Part shown: one piece after another, positions 24,675-37,736 of the stretch
Numbering within the stretch: the stretch's first letter is position 1
How the letters are laid out: each line of letters begins with the position of its first letter
Assembly: GCA_001179505.1 (NCBI GenBank)
Contig: CDMY01001036.1
Span: 124,001-188,000 of the forward strand
Reading direction: 5' to 3'
Source: Vitrella brassicaformis CCMP3155
Taxonomy: Eukaryota; Protista; Chromerida
Length of the DNA: 64,000 nucleotides
Notes under the pieces: model-generated
What the model was told of the DNA's origin: nothing
The model's database searches: none
Seen by the model: only the letters and a program-made list of their open reading frames with translations
Made by a program: the position numbers and the translations under genes

Positions 24675-26383
24675 ATGCTTCGATGCGCGCTTGTCCGTCC
24701 CGCCCAATCATCGCTTGCCACAGCAGCTCTCCAGGCATCCCAAGCGGCGTTCGTCCGTCCGATCAGCACATCCCCCTCCCTTAGGCAGTCGGCTGCAGCT
24801 GCCCAGGACTCGTCAACGACTGGTGCTCAGGGGGACAGTGATCTGCCGCCCTTCCCTCCCCCTCTCTATGACGGCGAGACAGAGGTGCTCACACCTGAGC
24901 AGCAGAAGCAGAAGGCGGAGCTCATCAAGGAGCTCACGCGGCGGCTGAGCGGCCCCCTGGCCGACGAGGAGGGCAATGTCCCGACCGGCAAGGACCGCCC
25001 CACGGCCATCGAGGTCGACGGCCCCTCCCACTTCTACGCCAACAGCCACAGGTACACTGCCTACACGAAGCTCAAGCACCGGCTGCTGACGCGCATGGGC
25101 TACCGAGTGCTGCACGTGCCGTACTTCGAGTGGCGTCGGCTGCGGGGTCAGAAGGAGAGGGAGGAGTATATGATACGGAAGCTCAAGGAGGAGCCGACCG
25201 AGTGGCTGGACCCCGAGGACGAGCAGTACTACACACAGCGCCTCACTGAGACGCTCGGGCAGAAGACCGCAGAGCTGGTGAGTGAGGACACACACGCACA
25301 CATACACAGAGCATACAGAGGACACAGAGAGGGAGGGGATCAATCCATCCATCCATCCATCGATGGATGCTGCATTTCCGGATGCTGCATTTCCCCTTTT
25401 CTACTGGTGTGTTGGTTTTGCGTTTCAGACTCCTGAGCAAAGGGCGAATATAACCCCTCCGTCTGGCCCAGCCCCCACCACGCCCGCCTCCCCACCGCCT
25501 CCCCCCCCTCCCCAAGGCGTGCAGCACCAGCACCACCAGCAGCAGCAGCAGCAGCCTGCGATGCCGCCACCGCCCACGATGCAGTCATCCTCATTCTCTC
25601 CGCCACCGCCTCCACCATCTATGGGCGACATGCCACCACCGAGAGGCCCGGCTCCAGTGCGGCCGCCAGTGGCGCCAAATACAGCTGCGGGTCAGATGCC
25701 GCCACCGCCACAGCAGCCATACATGGGGATGGGCCGGCCCCCACCACGGCCACAGATGGGCCAGCGGCCGCAGGGGGGAATGCCTTCTCCTCCTCAAGGT
25801 GGGAATGGGCATGCGCACACGAAACAGATGGCTGTCTGCTGATCACGTGTCTGTCTGTCTGTCAGGTATGCGTCCTCCTCCCCCCGCTGGCTCAGGTCCG
25901 ATGCGCCCGCAGATGACGGGCATGCCCCCTCCACCGCCACCTGGCGGCATGGGTATGGGTGCACCGCCACCACCGAGACCCAATATGGCACCACATCAAC
26001 AAGGTGAGAGAAGGGCATCAGGTGCTGCTGTGCTGGATGACCTGACCTGACTCGCCGTATATCGTATCTATCTGCATGCATTTGTATATCATGTGTGTGG
26101 TGTGTTTGCTCAGGCATGGGTGCGCCTTCGATGCCTCGGCCTCCCTCATCGCCCTTCCCACGCCCGCCGGTAAGAGACTACGACCGCCGGTTGTGCACAT
26201 GCATTAATTAAGGAGTCGAGGGGCCCTTCTCGTGGTTGCCTTTGCTTGTTGTTTCGTCAGGGTATGAGTTTCCAAGGCCGACCTCCCCCTCCCCCGCCCC
26301 CCTCAGCCCCCCCACCACCAGCCCCAGACAGCGCCGAGCCACAGACCAGTGGAGAGCAGCAGGGTGGGTCCGCAACCAACTGA
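24675..26383 (+). CDS. RAP-domain protein with predicted mitochondrial-type N-terminal presequence and long Pro-rich C-terminal tail
   Basis: [33 protein letters not shown] is Arg/Ala/Ser-rich with no acidic residues; RAP motif [33 protein letters not shown]; 4 further phase-consistent exons to TGA at 26381-26383. Confidence 0.88.
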
Positions 26384-27125
26384 CTGGGACAGACAGGAGA
26401 CGATCTGACTAACTGACAATGTGCCAAGACTGCTGTTTCGCCTGCCCTGTTCGGGCATGTGTGTGGCCCTGCGGCTCTCTGAGGAATGTGGGTTAGCGGG
26501 GCTTGGATGCATGGGGGAAACTGTGTGCATGACACATGAACTGTTGAGCCAGGATGGCGTGGCGTGGCGTGTCCAGAGTGCGAGTGAGGCGGCTCTGGAT
26601 GGATTTCTGAGAGGCAGGGGACGCGCAGAATCTTCCACTGAGCATTCGGAAGATTCGTTGCGTCTTGCTGTCGGTGAGGGAGCCATTCAGAGTCGAATCA
26701 TGCGCACTTTGCACGTACTGATGGATGGATGGATGAGCATGAAGTACCTGTGAATGATCGCATGGGTTGTACTGTCGCCAAGTGAGTTTCTTTTCCCTAC
26801 TACAGTATCGGTCCTCATTTCGAAGCGCCTAGCAGACCGGGTCTGGTGGTAGTTTCTGTAGACCTAAGTGTCCACTGACCTGTTGGACATGCTGGTCTGA
26901 GATGCTGTCAGGGACTGCTTGCAGACGCTTCGAAATGACGCCCATGTGCTGTGCATTGGCTGACTGGTTGATTGTGTTGCCGCCAATGGCAGACAGAGGA
27001 GAGGTGCTAAGGGGGAGGGGAGACACAGCAGTTGGGTGACACACATGTGCGTGCAAGAGATGTTTCAATGGCCATGACAGACAGCCACACAGAAAAATAC
27101 ATGCATCCGCCCATGCCATGCAGCT

Positions 27126-28010
27126 TCACTGTCCTGTCCGCCTCACCCTCAGCCATCTGACCACAGACGTCACTGCAGCAATCACGTGATGCTGCTGTGC
27201 AGACACCCAATGTTGACTCTGACCCGTCAAACCACCAGCACCAGCACCAGCACCAGCAAACACTCCCCCCTCACCGCCCAGCCCCAACCTCAGCAGCCTG
27301 CTGGTTCCCGACGACCACCGCTGCCGCCCCCCAACCATCAGCAGCAAAAAGTAGAGGAACAGGGTGAGCAGCACCAAGAGCATCTTGAGCTTCTGCCGCC
27401 TGTCCATCCGGCGTTGGGGCCGACGCCTGAAAGTCACCAGAACTGCCCGCGACGCTTCGGGAAGGGCGAGAAGCGTCTCTGATGGTGCGGGTGAGTGACA
27501 CCCCGGCTGATGACGCCGGAAAGGGCCCGGCGAGGAGGCGGTGGAAGATGACGCTTGGTGGCCATGGTGGATGTGTGAAGGCAGCGGGATGGAGAGAGCC
27601 ACGCCGAGGCCACTCAGATCAAGACAGGCCGACCGGATTATGGGAGCGTTGCTGAGGGACTGACTCACTTCAGCCAGCAGGCCGTCTTCACTGCGGGAGA
27701 GGATGCAGTCCGTCGAGCCGCTCCCGCCCGTCTCTATGGTCCCCTGGCGGGTGGGCTGGTCCGCGAGAGATGTGGCCTCTTTGGCATCATCGCACCTCGA
27801 CACGTCGCTTCTGCTCTGCACCAGCTGCCAGCCGTCTTCGGTCTCCTCTTCATCGACTTCGTCTACTTGGGGGTGCGGCTGGGGGATGTCAGGCTTGGTC
27901 AGTTCGTCGAGCATATCGATGAGCGAGGGGTTGGAGCACACCTCATGCACGAACCAGTCAGCGCGAATGCGGAACCCACGCATCGTGGGAAAGCGAGGCC
28001 ACCAACGCAT
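27126..28010 (-). CDS. Hypothetical protein with one TM helix; true start (possibly ATG 28352) and 3' exons unresolved
   Basis: Open frame of about 295 codons without microsatellites; hydrophobic MLLVLLTLFLYFLLLMV; no recognisable family. Confidence 0.45.
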   Translation of the reverse strand: MRWWPRFPTMRGFRIRADWFVHEVCSNPSLIDMLDELTKPDIPQPHPQVDEVDEEETEDGWQLVQSRSDVSRCDDAKEATSLADQPTRQGTIETGGSGSTDCILSRSEDGLLAEVSQSLSNAPIIRSACLDLSGLGVALSIPLPSHIHHGHQASSSTASSPGPFRRHQPGCHSPAPSETLLALPEASRAVLVTFRRRPQRRMDRRQKLKMLLVLLTLFLYFLLLMVGGRQRWSSGTSRLLRLGLGGEGGVFAGAGAGAGGLTGQSQHWVSAQQHHVIAAVTSVVRWLRVRRTGQ

Positions 28011-28402
28011 CACTCTGAGGTCAGGAGGGCTCAGCCTCTATGCTCAGCCTGAGGGAATCCTTTGCAAAAAGGCCTTTCTTCTGCTCTGTGGCTGCAGTGC
28101 TGCAAAGGCCGCCGCAGCCTGAGGAGTCCTGGAAGAAGGGAAGCTACCGGAGACGGGAGTTGAGACGCCTGCCAGTGGGGGCCCAGAAACGGGATCGATG
28201 CATGCATCGAAGTGGGGCGGCAGGGGATATATTCCTTCTCGAGGAGGACATGCTCTGCATTGCAATGATCCCCCGTCTGAGGACTGAGTCAAGACCCCGA
28301 GCCCCACTTCCGTGACGGTCTTCTTGATCACGAAGGCATTGCCGGCGGGCATCTTCTAGGCTCTGCCAGCCTACGTGCCCCCCTGCCTAAGCTATCGCTA
28401 TC

Positions 28403-30960
28403 ATGTCGCGTCGAAGCGGCGCCATGCAGTGGAGCTCCTCTCTCTCTTCATCCGCTGCAGCACGCCCCCATCGTTCAGTTGCGGTTGCGGCCGTGACGGA
28501 TTCCGAGAAGGAGGGCTCGCCCGGCTACCAGCGGACCGTGTGGCGCCCCGTCAGCAAGGGCGGCAGCAAAGCCGACCTCTCCACCTGCACCCCGTCATCG
28601 GATGCGAGCAACCTCTCGTCGTGCTTCCTGGGTTACAGTTTTGGTTCGGTCGCGGGCAAGGTTGCTGCTGCTGGCGTTGCTGGGGCTGGTGGGGCTGGTG
28701 ATGAGTCAGGCGAGCCTGATTTGACAGAGGTGGAGAGGGAGAGTGTGAGTGAGGCTGTGGTGTGTCGGCTGCTGAGCGACGTGGTCAAGGCCACCAGGAG
28801 CGCCGCTGAGGACACCGAGGTGTCGCCCTTCCACTCGCAGTGCGCCCCCAACATCCTCATTGCAGAGTATGTCAGCAAGCGCCTCCTCAGGGTCAGCCGC
28901 ACACACACATCCAGCCATCCATTCATTTGTCTCCTCGTTGGTGTGCTGTGCTGTGGATCGGCCAACGCATGCAGCAAATGGAGCTGAGAACGAATTTCTT
29001 TGTGGTTGCGTCGATTTTGATCCAGCGTGTGTTGTGCGCGTCGACGAGGGTGGACTCGGGCGGGCTGGGGCCGTGCGAGTTCAACGTCCTCACCGCCCAC
29101 CGGCTGGCCATCACCGCTGCGGCAGTGACCAACAAGTTCTACTATGACAAACACTATGCACTCAAATACTGGGCGCGGGTGAATGAAGACACAAATGACA
29201 TGGCTGACAGACACCCATGGGGAGGGAGGGAGAGAGGGAGGGAGGGGGGACAGGTGTGGATGGATGGATGGATGGATGGATGTGTGTGTGTGTGTGTGTC
29301 ATCAGATTGGTGGTCTTGACGTGAAGGAGCTGTGCGATCTGGAGAGGCACTTCATCAACAAGCTCCAGTGGTCAATATCATATCCACATGGCATACACGT
29401 CACGTCTTACACACACATCACATCCTTGGCTGGCTTTTCTCCAATCCATCAGGCGTCTGAAGGTCTCGACCAAGGAGTACCTGAGGGTGTGTATCCCTCC
29501 CTCCAGACGCCACACACATTCTTTCGTCCATATCCAGCGAGACAGGAGACACCACACCACACACCATACCATCTCCGGTGTGTATTATGGTGTGCAGGCC
29601 GTGGATCAGTTTCGTTGCCGTGACGTCGGTGTGTTGATGGCCATGCCCTCCATCACCGACACCCCCTCCCCGCCCATCTGCCACCCACACCATCACCCCA
29701 GCAGCACGGGCAGCTCCATCCCTTCGCTCACAGCAAGCCCAACACCACTCGCAAACCAGCCCACGCCACTCGCCAGGTACGATACTTCCGGCAGCACAGA
29801 GACAGACACGAATCCCAGTCAACGTATATATTGTTGCCTTGTCTTGTCGTTGCAGGCAGGTTGGCGTGTTGTCGATTGCAGCAGGAGCTGCTGCTGCTGC
29901 GCCTGTGCACCGCACGGGTCACTATCAGGACGTCATCTGCCACTCACCGCCCTACGCCAAGAACAATCGTACCACCGACGTCGGGGCAACCCAGGACAGG
30001 TACCTGACGGCAGACCCACAATGCACTGTCAATCAAGGAAAGCCAAACAGGATCATTAAGTGTGTGTTTCTGCTGCATTCAGGCTGCCCTGGCTGTCCAG
30101 GCCCACTCTGGCGGCGAGTGGCGTTCAGATCGCCTCCTCGAGCACCGAGAGCTCCTTCGTGCAGGCGCCGCCCCTGCGACCCCAGGCTGCCGGCGCCGAC
30201 AGCCTCGCTGCCCGATGCAAATCAGTCAAGGAACACACAAACACATTCGTAAGCTGGGGGGAACCAGAGAGACACGGAGACAGCTGAATGGTCTCTCTCC
30301 TTACTTAATCAGGCCCTCTTCCGTGATGCTCATCGGCCGTGCACCCCGCCGTTGGCGCCTCGCAGCCCCCCCGACTACCTCACGATGACCGCGCCCTCCA
30401 AGCAAGACCGACACCGGCCGTCTCTCGCGCCTGTCAAGGCTTCGACGCGTCGATATGCCAATTCCAGTGGAAGCACGAACGCCCGGGCGCCCGTCAGCAG
30501 TGGCGTCATTAGCTATCCTCTGCCCAGAGTGGGCGTCATCCACGAGAGCACCACTGCCGGTGCGTTCCCCCCTGTCGTCCGTCAGCCCCAGCCGTATGTG
30601 CGTCCCCACCCGCCCTCGCGTCAGCAGCAGCAGCAGCAGCAGCAGAGGCAGATGGAGGCGTTGCCGATGTTCCCCGACTTCATCAGTATCCAGACCAACA
30701 ATGAGTGGGGGCTGGACACACACACCCGCCGTCCGACGGCTTCATTCAGGCAGGCCTCGGTCGAGAGGCGCGTCAGCGGCGGCAGGGTGCACCACGGCGG
30801 CCCGGTTGTGTACCCCACACACCAGCAGCAGCAGCAGCAGCAGGGGGCGGCGCACCGGTTGGGCGTGGCGGACCATTCGCAGAGCCAGGGAGGGCTTCCC
30901 GGCATCCAGACCAGGAGGGGAGGGCAGCGGGGGGCCTGGCCGAGGAGCATGATGTACTAG
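28403..30960 (+). CDS. P/U-type (PHO80/CYC2-like) cyclin with long low-complexity C-terminus
   Basis: Cyclin box across exons: SPFHSQCAPNILIAEYVSKRLLR | ..FVVASILIQR..FNVLTAHRLAITAAAVTNKFYYDKHYALKYWAR | IGGLDVKELCDLERHFINKLQW | RLKVSTKEY. Confidence 0.85.
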
Positions 30961-31477
30961 TCGGCTGCCGCCCCGGTCACCCCCGACTGTCGGAAAAATG
31001 ATACGGATAGATAGTTAAAGTGCGTGGATGTGTTGATCCACGTGGGTGGGGTGTGTGTGCTCTGCGTGTGTGTGTGTGTGAGGGGCCTGACGAGAGAATG
31101 ACGGCCTGACTAGCAAGCGTGGCAGCGACAGCAGCAGCAGACGCACCGAGCACCGAGCGAGAGGTGGTAGATACGGTAGATGAGTGGAATGAGGCGGGTG
31201 AGGTGAGGTGAGGTGCGGTGCCCTTCACGGACGACAAGTGAAAGATGCGTAGGCAGAGAGAGGGAGACACTGATTGAGCATCAAAACAGATATTCTGGAA
31301 CGTTTCCTCACACCATTGATTTCCCATGATGCGTGTTGATGAGTCACCATCCATCCATCCATCCGTCCATCCACCCGTCCATCTTGGATGTCCTCATCCC
31401 TTCAAAACGACTCATCCATGTAAAGCCGACGACTGACTGTCCACTACACATCGCATCGCATGCCCACAGCTCGCTAA

Positions 31478-33006
31478 TTAACTCACGCATTGCCCTTGCT
31501 TGCGGCCCCTCCCCCCGTGTGACACCCCTCGCCACACGTCTACCTGGGCGTCTCTCACTGACGCCAGCAGTGCCCCCCTCCCACCCGCCGTGAAGCCATA
31601 CACCTTCAACACGATCTTCCTGAACACACACACAGGAGGAATACAACAAGAAAGTGATGCATCGCCTGCCTAAGGTGTCTTTGCAAGTGCGCGCCGTACC
31701 TCCCTTTGATGCCCGCAGGGTTTGCCTCGCACCTCAGGAGCTCGGTGTCCATCCCGAACTTGCTCCTGGCCAGCCGGACGAAGCGGGCGTCGCTCTTCCA
31801 CCGCCGCTCCATGCCCAGCAGCACCACACACCGGGGGTTGGCGCGAAAGAAGGCGCTCACGGTCGTCAGCAGCGGCTCGTACAGCCGCGGCCAATACACG
31901 AGGTCGCTGCCCAGCAGCACGTCCACGTCGCCGAACGCCGACACGTCGGTGTCGCCCCACTCGCACGCCCTCGCCTCGATGTGCCCGCCTCGGTGCTGTA
32001 TGAGCGACCGGTTGGCCTCGACAGTGGGCGAAGTGATGGCATCCACCACAGACGCGAGGTCCGTCACGCACACCGATGTGGCGCCGCTGATGGCTGCCGC
32101 CACGCCCACAAGACCGCACCCGCAGCCGAGCTCGACAATCCTCTTGTTCTGGACCAGAGTGCTGCGGACGGGATCTGACGAGATGAAGCGGATCAGGGCG
32201 TTGGACGCTCGCGGCCACAGGCGATAGCCGATACCGAGCGCTGGATTGGTCAAGAGCCGCACCCACACGCCGCCCCTCTCTGGCGCAGTGCAAGGTTGAT
32301 CGTCGCCATCTCGCTGCTCCTCACGGACGAACCGCTGAGGCGAGGTGTTGGATGCTGGTGGGGAGGGAGGGGGCATTCCCGTGTGGCCGTTCGTATGCCC
32401 GTTGACCACCGGCCGCCCCCGATGGTCATTCAGATAGCGTGGCCGAGATGCGGGCTGCCTCCAGCCGTCGTCAGCAGAGTCCGGCAGCTGGAGCCTCACG
32501 TCGACAACCTCGTAGGCTCCCTCCTTGCCCGGCCATCTCATGTCCAACTCGGGAACAACAGGCACTGCCGCATCGCGCCTCAGCTCCTGCTCGCTGTCTG
32601 ACGAATCAGAGAACCAATCATGCCTATCTTGCGGCGCTGTCGGCGCTTCAGGAGCGTCAGAGGGCAGCTCTTGTGTGGCCGCTTGAGGAGGGACGCAGGG
32701 GCATGCTGGAAGCCGACTCGGAGGTGACCCGCTGCAGCCATCGCTGTCGGAAGAGTCGCACGTCAGCCCGATGGAAGCGAACATCATGACACCATCTGAA
32801 GCCGATAAATGGCTGCACCTTTCGCCCGTTGCTTGGCGGACGCGCCTGCGACTTCTTCTTTCTTCCCCCCCTCCTCGGAACATTGCGAGCTGGAAGGCGA
32901 TCGGAGGCGGAAGCTCCCCAAATTGCGCCATCGTACCATTCTCCAATCGTACGGTTGACAGAGAGCGCATGGGTAGATCAGCGAAAGAAAATGGAGAAAG
33001 ATCCAT
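31478..33006 (-). CDS. SAM-dependent protein-lysine methyltransferase, family 16 (METTL21/22-like), with long N-terminal extension
   Basis: GIGYRLWP, motif I VELGCGCG, post-I VCVTD, CEWG and DVLLGSDLVY (DxxY); probable final exon RKIVLKVYGF.. after donor gtacgg near 31698, stop at 31478. Confidence 0.85.
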
Positions 33007-33127
33007 GGAATTAAAGGTATGCAGGGCCTGACTTACGGATGTGCGTCCGTGTACACACGTACAAGTTCGGTTCTCTGCTCATCCAAGAGACTTCTATACC
33101 CTTTGTTTGTAGCGTGCTCCCGGTTCG

Positions 33128-36100
33128 ATGACGAGTTGCATTGTTTGGCTCCTCCTAGTCGGCCTGGTCCTGCAGCTGCGGCCGTGGAGCATCTGCAATG
33201 CCGCTCACGTCGAATGGGATTCCCACCTGATTCAGCAGCTTCACAGCAACGACACCCAGCAGCAGCTGAGTGCGCTGAGATCTATCGGCAACGACATTGC
33301 CCAGAGCAGCAACCGGAACGCCACTGCTGCTCGGTATGCCGGAGATGTCCTACGGGCAATTCTTCGTCGGCTGGCGGGAGAGCCCGGGGACAGTTCGGTG
33401 CAGCGTCAAGCAGCGACTCTGCTGGAGACACTTATGACACATGGAGGCATCCGTCTCATCGACGGAGATGCCGTGCTGCTCGTCGTGCGGCTGCTGGACC
33501 ACGAAAACCTGAGGGCAGAGCGAATTGCGACATCCATCCTAGCGGGGCAATGGGACTTGGGGAGGATGGGGCTCAACGTGATGGAGGCCTTGGCGAATTC
33601 TGGCGCAGTGGGGAAGCTCTCTCCTCTGCTCAGATCTGCCGACACAGAAGTCCGCAGCGATGCGGCCGACGCTCTGCGTGTTGTACTGACTGCTGTCAAA
33701 AGACTTGGTGGTGAGTGGGTCTCCAAAGACAGGACAGAAAAGCGGGCCCGCTGTTGGTCGTCTGTGCTGTTTGTCAGACAAGCGGGCCGACACATTACCT
33801 GCCAGTCTCGCAAGCTTCGTCGATGCGGGTTTGCTGCCGAACGCCATGGCAGCTCACCAAAACTGCAGCGTCAAGAAGCCAGATGCAGGGCCCCTGATGC
33901 TCGCTTCGTTCACTTGTGTCCTGCTCGTGTACACCGAAGACGTCGACAACGGCTATGTATGAGAATGGGGAGGGCGCTCTCAGCCATCAGTCTGTCTGTC
34001 TGTCTGTCTCCTTGTTTGTATGCATTGATTGTGCGTGCGTCAGTATGCCCACACTGTCGAACATGGATGTGTGGAGCTGAATTGTGAGGCTGTGGAGCAC
34101 TCTCAGGGTGCACGACGCGGCACGGTCCTGATGAGTGCACTGATGTACTTTACGTGGATCCTTAGGTGAACAGGGAGATAACAATCTGCTTCGAACGAAT
34201 GGCTTTGGTCCGTCTGTTTGTGTGTGTGGGCTTGGTGTAATGGCCGGTCAGAAGGAGTAGCCCTGCCTTGAGCAGGCGGGCCGCCAATATCCTCATGGCC
34301 AACGTGCGTATGAGGGTGCACAAACGCTCACCGACACATCATTGCTGTCCACTTTCTCTTGTTTCTGGCTGCAGGCCGGCTGTTTGGACGCCATCCGGCG
34401 GCTCAGAAAGCCGCCGCTCAACCGGGGTGATGACACTCATCGCATCACCGCAGCAGCTAAGAGCATCGTGGCGGATTTGTCACTGCATGTACAAATGCCC
34501 CTCCAAACTCCGCTGGATGATATTGCATGCATGAATGAATGCGGTGGCGAGTCTGTTGCCTTGTGTCCATCCATCAGGCCCGCGGCGTCTATAGTCTCCC
34601 CACGATCAACGACCTACGGAAGCTACAGGCCTACGGAAGCTACAGGATGCCTAGACGCCGTGAATTGGTACTGGGCGAGAACAGACGGTCACGGCAAGCA
34701 ATTCCTTGGTGTCGTTGGTGTCTAATCCAGTTGTCGTCTCCCTGGGTGCCGCGCGTCGGTCTCTGTTTTGCCATCCTGCTGGGCCTCTTCGTGCTGTGGC
34801 AGCTGTTCCTCCAGCCATGGCGGCGGCGATGTGAGCGGCGGCTCGCAGAGCAGCATGGGAGAGACCTGCTGGCAGCAGAGGAGGCGGAGAAGAAGAGAGG
34901 GCGCAAGAAGGCAAGACAGCCCACTTCCTCCGCCCGCCGACGGACTGTCGTTTCTCAGCCATCCTCTCCTGCTGCTGGTGGTCGTGATGGTGGCGGTGAT
35001 GCTGATGACGACGACGACGACAACGACAAAAGGCCTCTGTCGACTGCCTGTCAGACACCCCGTGAGCCGCTGTCAGATCGATCGAGCGGCATGACTGATA
35101 ATCAGGACGATCGGCGAGAGGGGACGATGAATGCTGATGACGGCCAGTGGACAGCAGCAGCCCGCAGTCGGTCCAAGAAGGCCCGGAAGGGCGGTGCCCT
35201 CGGGCGCGGTCTATCGGCCGGCCAGACGCCGTGCGAGGCTCCATCAGTGGTGGCGACTACATGGAAGAGGTCCGCGGGCCGAGGACTGGTGCTGCCGCCG
35301 TCTGCATCGCCCCCTCCGCCCCGCTCGATGCAGCCCCTCACCTCCACAGCACAGCAGTATACCCATATCAGCACAAAGCAGCGGTAAGCGAGACACAGAC
35401 GGGAGGGCGCGAGGGGACATCATGAGCCGTTGTGTGACCTTTCATGTAGTGATGTGTGGTCCTCGTCGGCGAGACCGCACAGAGGCCCTCCACCACTCGT
35501 CAAGTGTACCAAGTGAGGCTGCAGTGCAGTGGACAGGCGGCTCATCCATACCATTGGCAAATGTGGTATCCTCTCCTCGCCCCTCAGGTCTGTTTCACTC
35601 GGTGGCTGCCACGTGAGCGCCCACCGTGTTTCGGCGACAGGTGAGGCATCGAGGCGACACCAATGAGATCACAAAAAGGTCCGTGACATTGTGTGTCTCT
35701 GGCGGTCATGTCAGTTCACCTCCTGCATGCCCGCCGTCCAGCAGCTACGACGGAGCAGGGCGTCACCGGCAGCATCTGCACCACACCGTCAGACAGCAGA
35801 GTACGCAGGAAGCCAACACCCGTCAGACCCACAGAATCCGCCGGATCATCATGCTTCGTGTGCTATCTCATTCTGTCCATTCAGGTTCGGTCCGTCTGCT
35901 AACAACCAGCGCGAGAAGCATGACCCGGCTCGCCCCTCACCCTCACTCTCACCTCTGGCCGCCAACGCCAGCGCTGCCAGCAGCAGCAGTGTGGCCGTGG
36001 ACTGTCTCATCTGTTTCGGCGAGCACGGCCCTGCGTCCGTGATGTACATCCCCTGCAGACACATGCACATCTGCACCAAGTGCTACGCCGACCGCAGGAC

Positions 36101-36311
36101 CGCATGGCAGCAGAGCCTCCCCCGCATCAGGGCGGCGAATGCGAGGCGCGCCGAGGAGAACAAGGAGCGCATCAAGGAGGCCAGGGAGCCGCTGCCGATG
36201 CGGCCCGAGGAGTACCTGTGTGAGCAGTGCAAGACAGAGGTGGTGTTTGCGGGGTCGGTGGATGAGGTGGCCCGCTGGGCCGCCACCCCGTTTGTGGGAC
36301 AGCCTGGCTGA
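33128..36311 (+). CDS. Signal peptide + ARM-like repeats + single TM helix + disordered linker + C-terminal RING-HC with insertion (some internal exon boundaries uncertain)
   Basis: MTSCIVWLLLVGLVLQL signal; ARM-like SGAVGKLSPLLRSADTEVRSDAADAL and AGCLDAIRRL; TM VGLCFAILLGLFVLWQLFL followed by RRR; RING CLICF..YIPCRHMHICTKC..(about 44 aa)..LCEQC. Confidence 0.7.
34613..34646 (+). repeat. Perfect 17-bp tandem duplication inside a coding exon
   Basis: cctacggaagctacagg x2. Confidence 0.9.
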
Positions 36312-36783
36312 TGCATACATACGTAGCAGAGAGGGATTGATGTGATGGCTGGGGAGACGTAGGTGTGCATACTGGCTCTTAGTGTACAGCAAGTGGGGGC
36401 ATGGGTATTGATGTGTGCCGGACGGACGATGGGAGGGCGGAGAGACGTCGCAAAGCCTCGTTCAGTGTTCATGACGCCTCCCTCGTGTGTCTTTGTCCAA
36501 TACTCACTCGAACACACACAAATAAGTACGCCTCCCTCCCTCCCTCCCTTGCCGAATCATATATAACACCAGGCAGGCGTCCATCCATCCATCCACAAAA
36601 CGAGTTACGCAAAGTCGTGATGGTGCACATGTTATGCATCCACACACACAAAACCACACCCTCCCTACACAGTGAGTGGCTAATTAATTAAGCCCACCTC
36701 CTCCCCTATCTGTCGGCTACCCTGCTACGCTACATGAATGCTACGCTGCTACGTTGCCCTCTCGGCCCCCTCGGCCATGTCAC

Positions 36784-37736
36784 TCACGGTGTGATGCTGA
36801 CGGATGCCGTCGTCGATATGGGTGACGTGTCCGCGGCCGGCGACAGGGACGGCCACTCGCTCATGCTGGTGGCCAGCTCAAAGGGCGACCTGAATAGACA
36901 GACACGCACATGACATGTACGGCCACCTTGCCATTCCCTCCCTCCCTGCTGTCGACTTACTGGTATTGGTTCTGCTTCATGGCGCTGCTCTCGTGCTCCC
37001 AACCCTCGTTGGGCATCTCGGGTGTGGTTTCCGGTTTCTGGAACATGTTCCACACCTCCTCCAGCTCGCTGAACGACTCGCCAACGGGCGGCGGGGGGAA
37101 TGCGGGTGGTGGAGGGACGGAGGCCGGGGGGAAGGAGGGTGGGGGGAAGGAGGGTGGGGGGAAGGGCGGTGGACACAGCGATGGGTCTGCCGCTGCCACA
37201 ACAGGGGCAGCCGCCACCACCGCCGCACGGCTGATGTTGTCGCCCTTCGGCTGCTTGCGACGTCTGGCTGCCGCAACCGCCGCAGGTTGGCCGATCGGCT
37301 GGACAAGTGCAGACGGGCCAGCACCACCAGCCTTCGTCGTGCCCTCTTGCTGCTGACAGGCCGACGCAGCAGCACCATCAGTGGAGGAGCTGGCTGCAGT
37401 GGGACTCTTGCCATCGCCGCCGTGGTGAGTCTTCTTGTGTCGTCCGCGTGACACGACCGTCCACTCGCCGGGGTCATCCTCGATCTCAGCTCCTGTCTGG
37501 TTGATGATGGCCTGTGTGGCCGTGTCGGGCTGCTTCTTCATCTTCCTGCCCTTCTTCTTTTTGCCGCTGCTGCTGTTGTTATTGCTGGTGGTGTTGTTGG
37601 TCTCTGTCCGCTCGACTGGCTGACGCGTGTCCTTGTTGTCAGCAAGCTGCTGGGACGTCTTGCAGAGACGGCGGAGGAGGGCAAGCAAGGCGACGATGGC
37701 GAAACAGGCGCAGGAGAGCCCCACAACCACCGTCAT
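36784..37736 (-). CDS. Hypothetical protein with N-terminal signal anchor and low-complexity Lys/Pro-rich body (2 coding exons)
   Basis: MTVVVGLSCACFAIVALLALLRR; donor TACCA|gtaagt and acceptor ttcag lead to SPFELATSMSEWPSL..SITP*. Confidence 0.55.
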
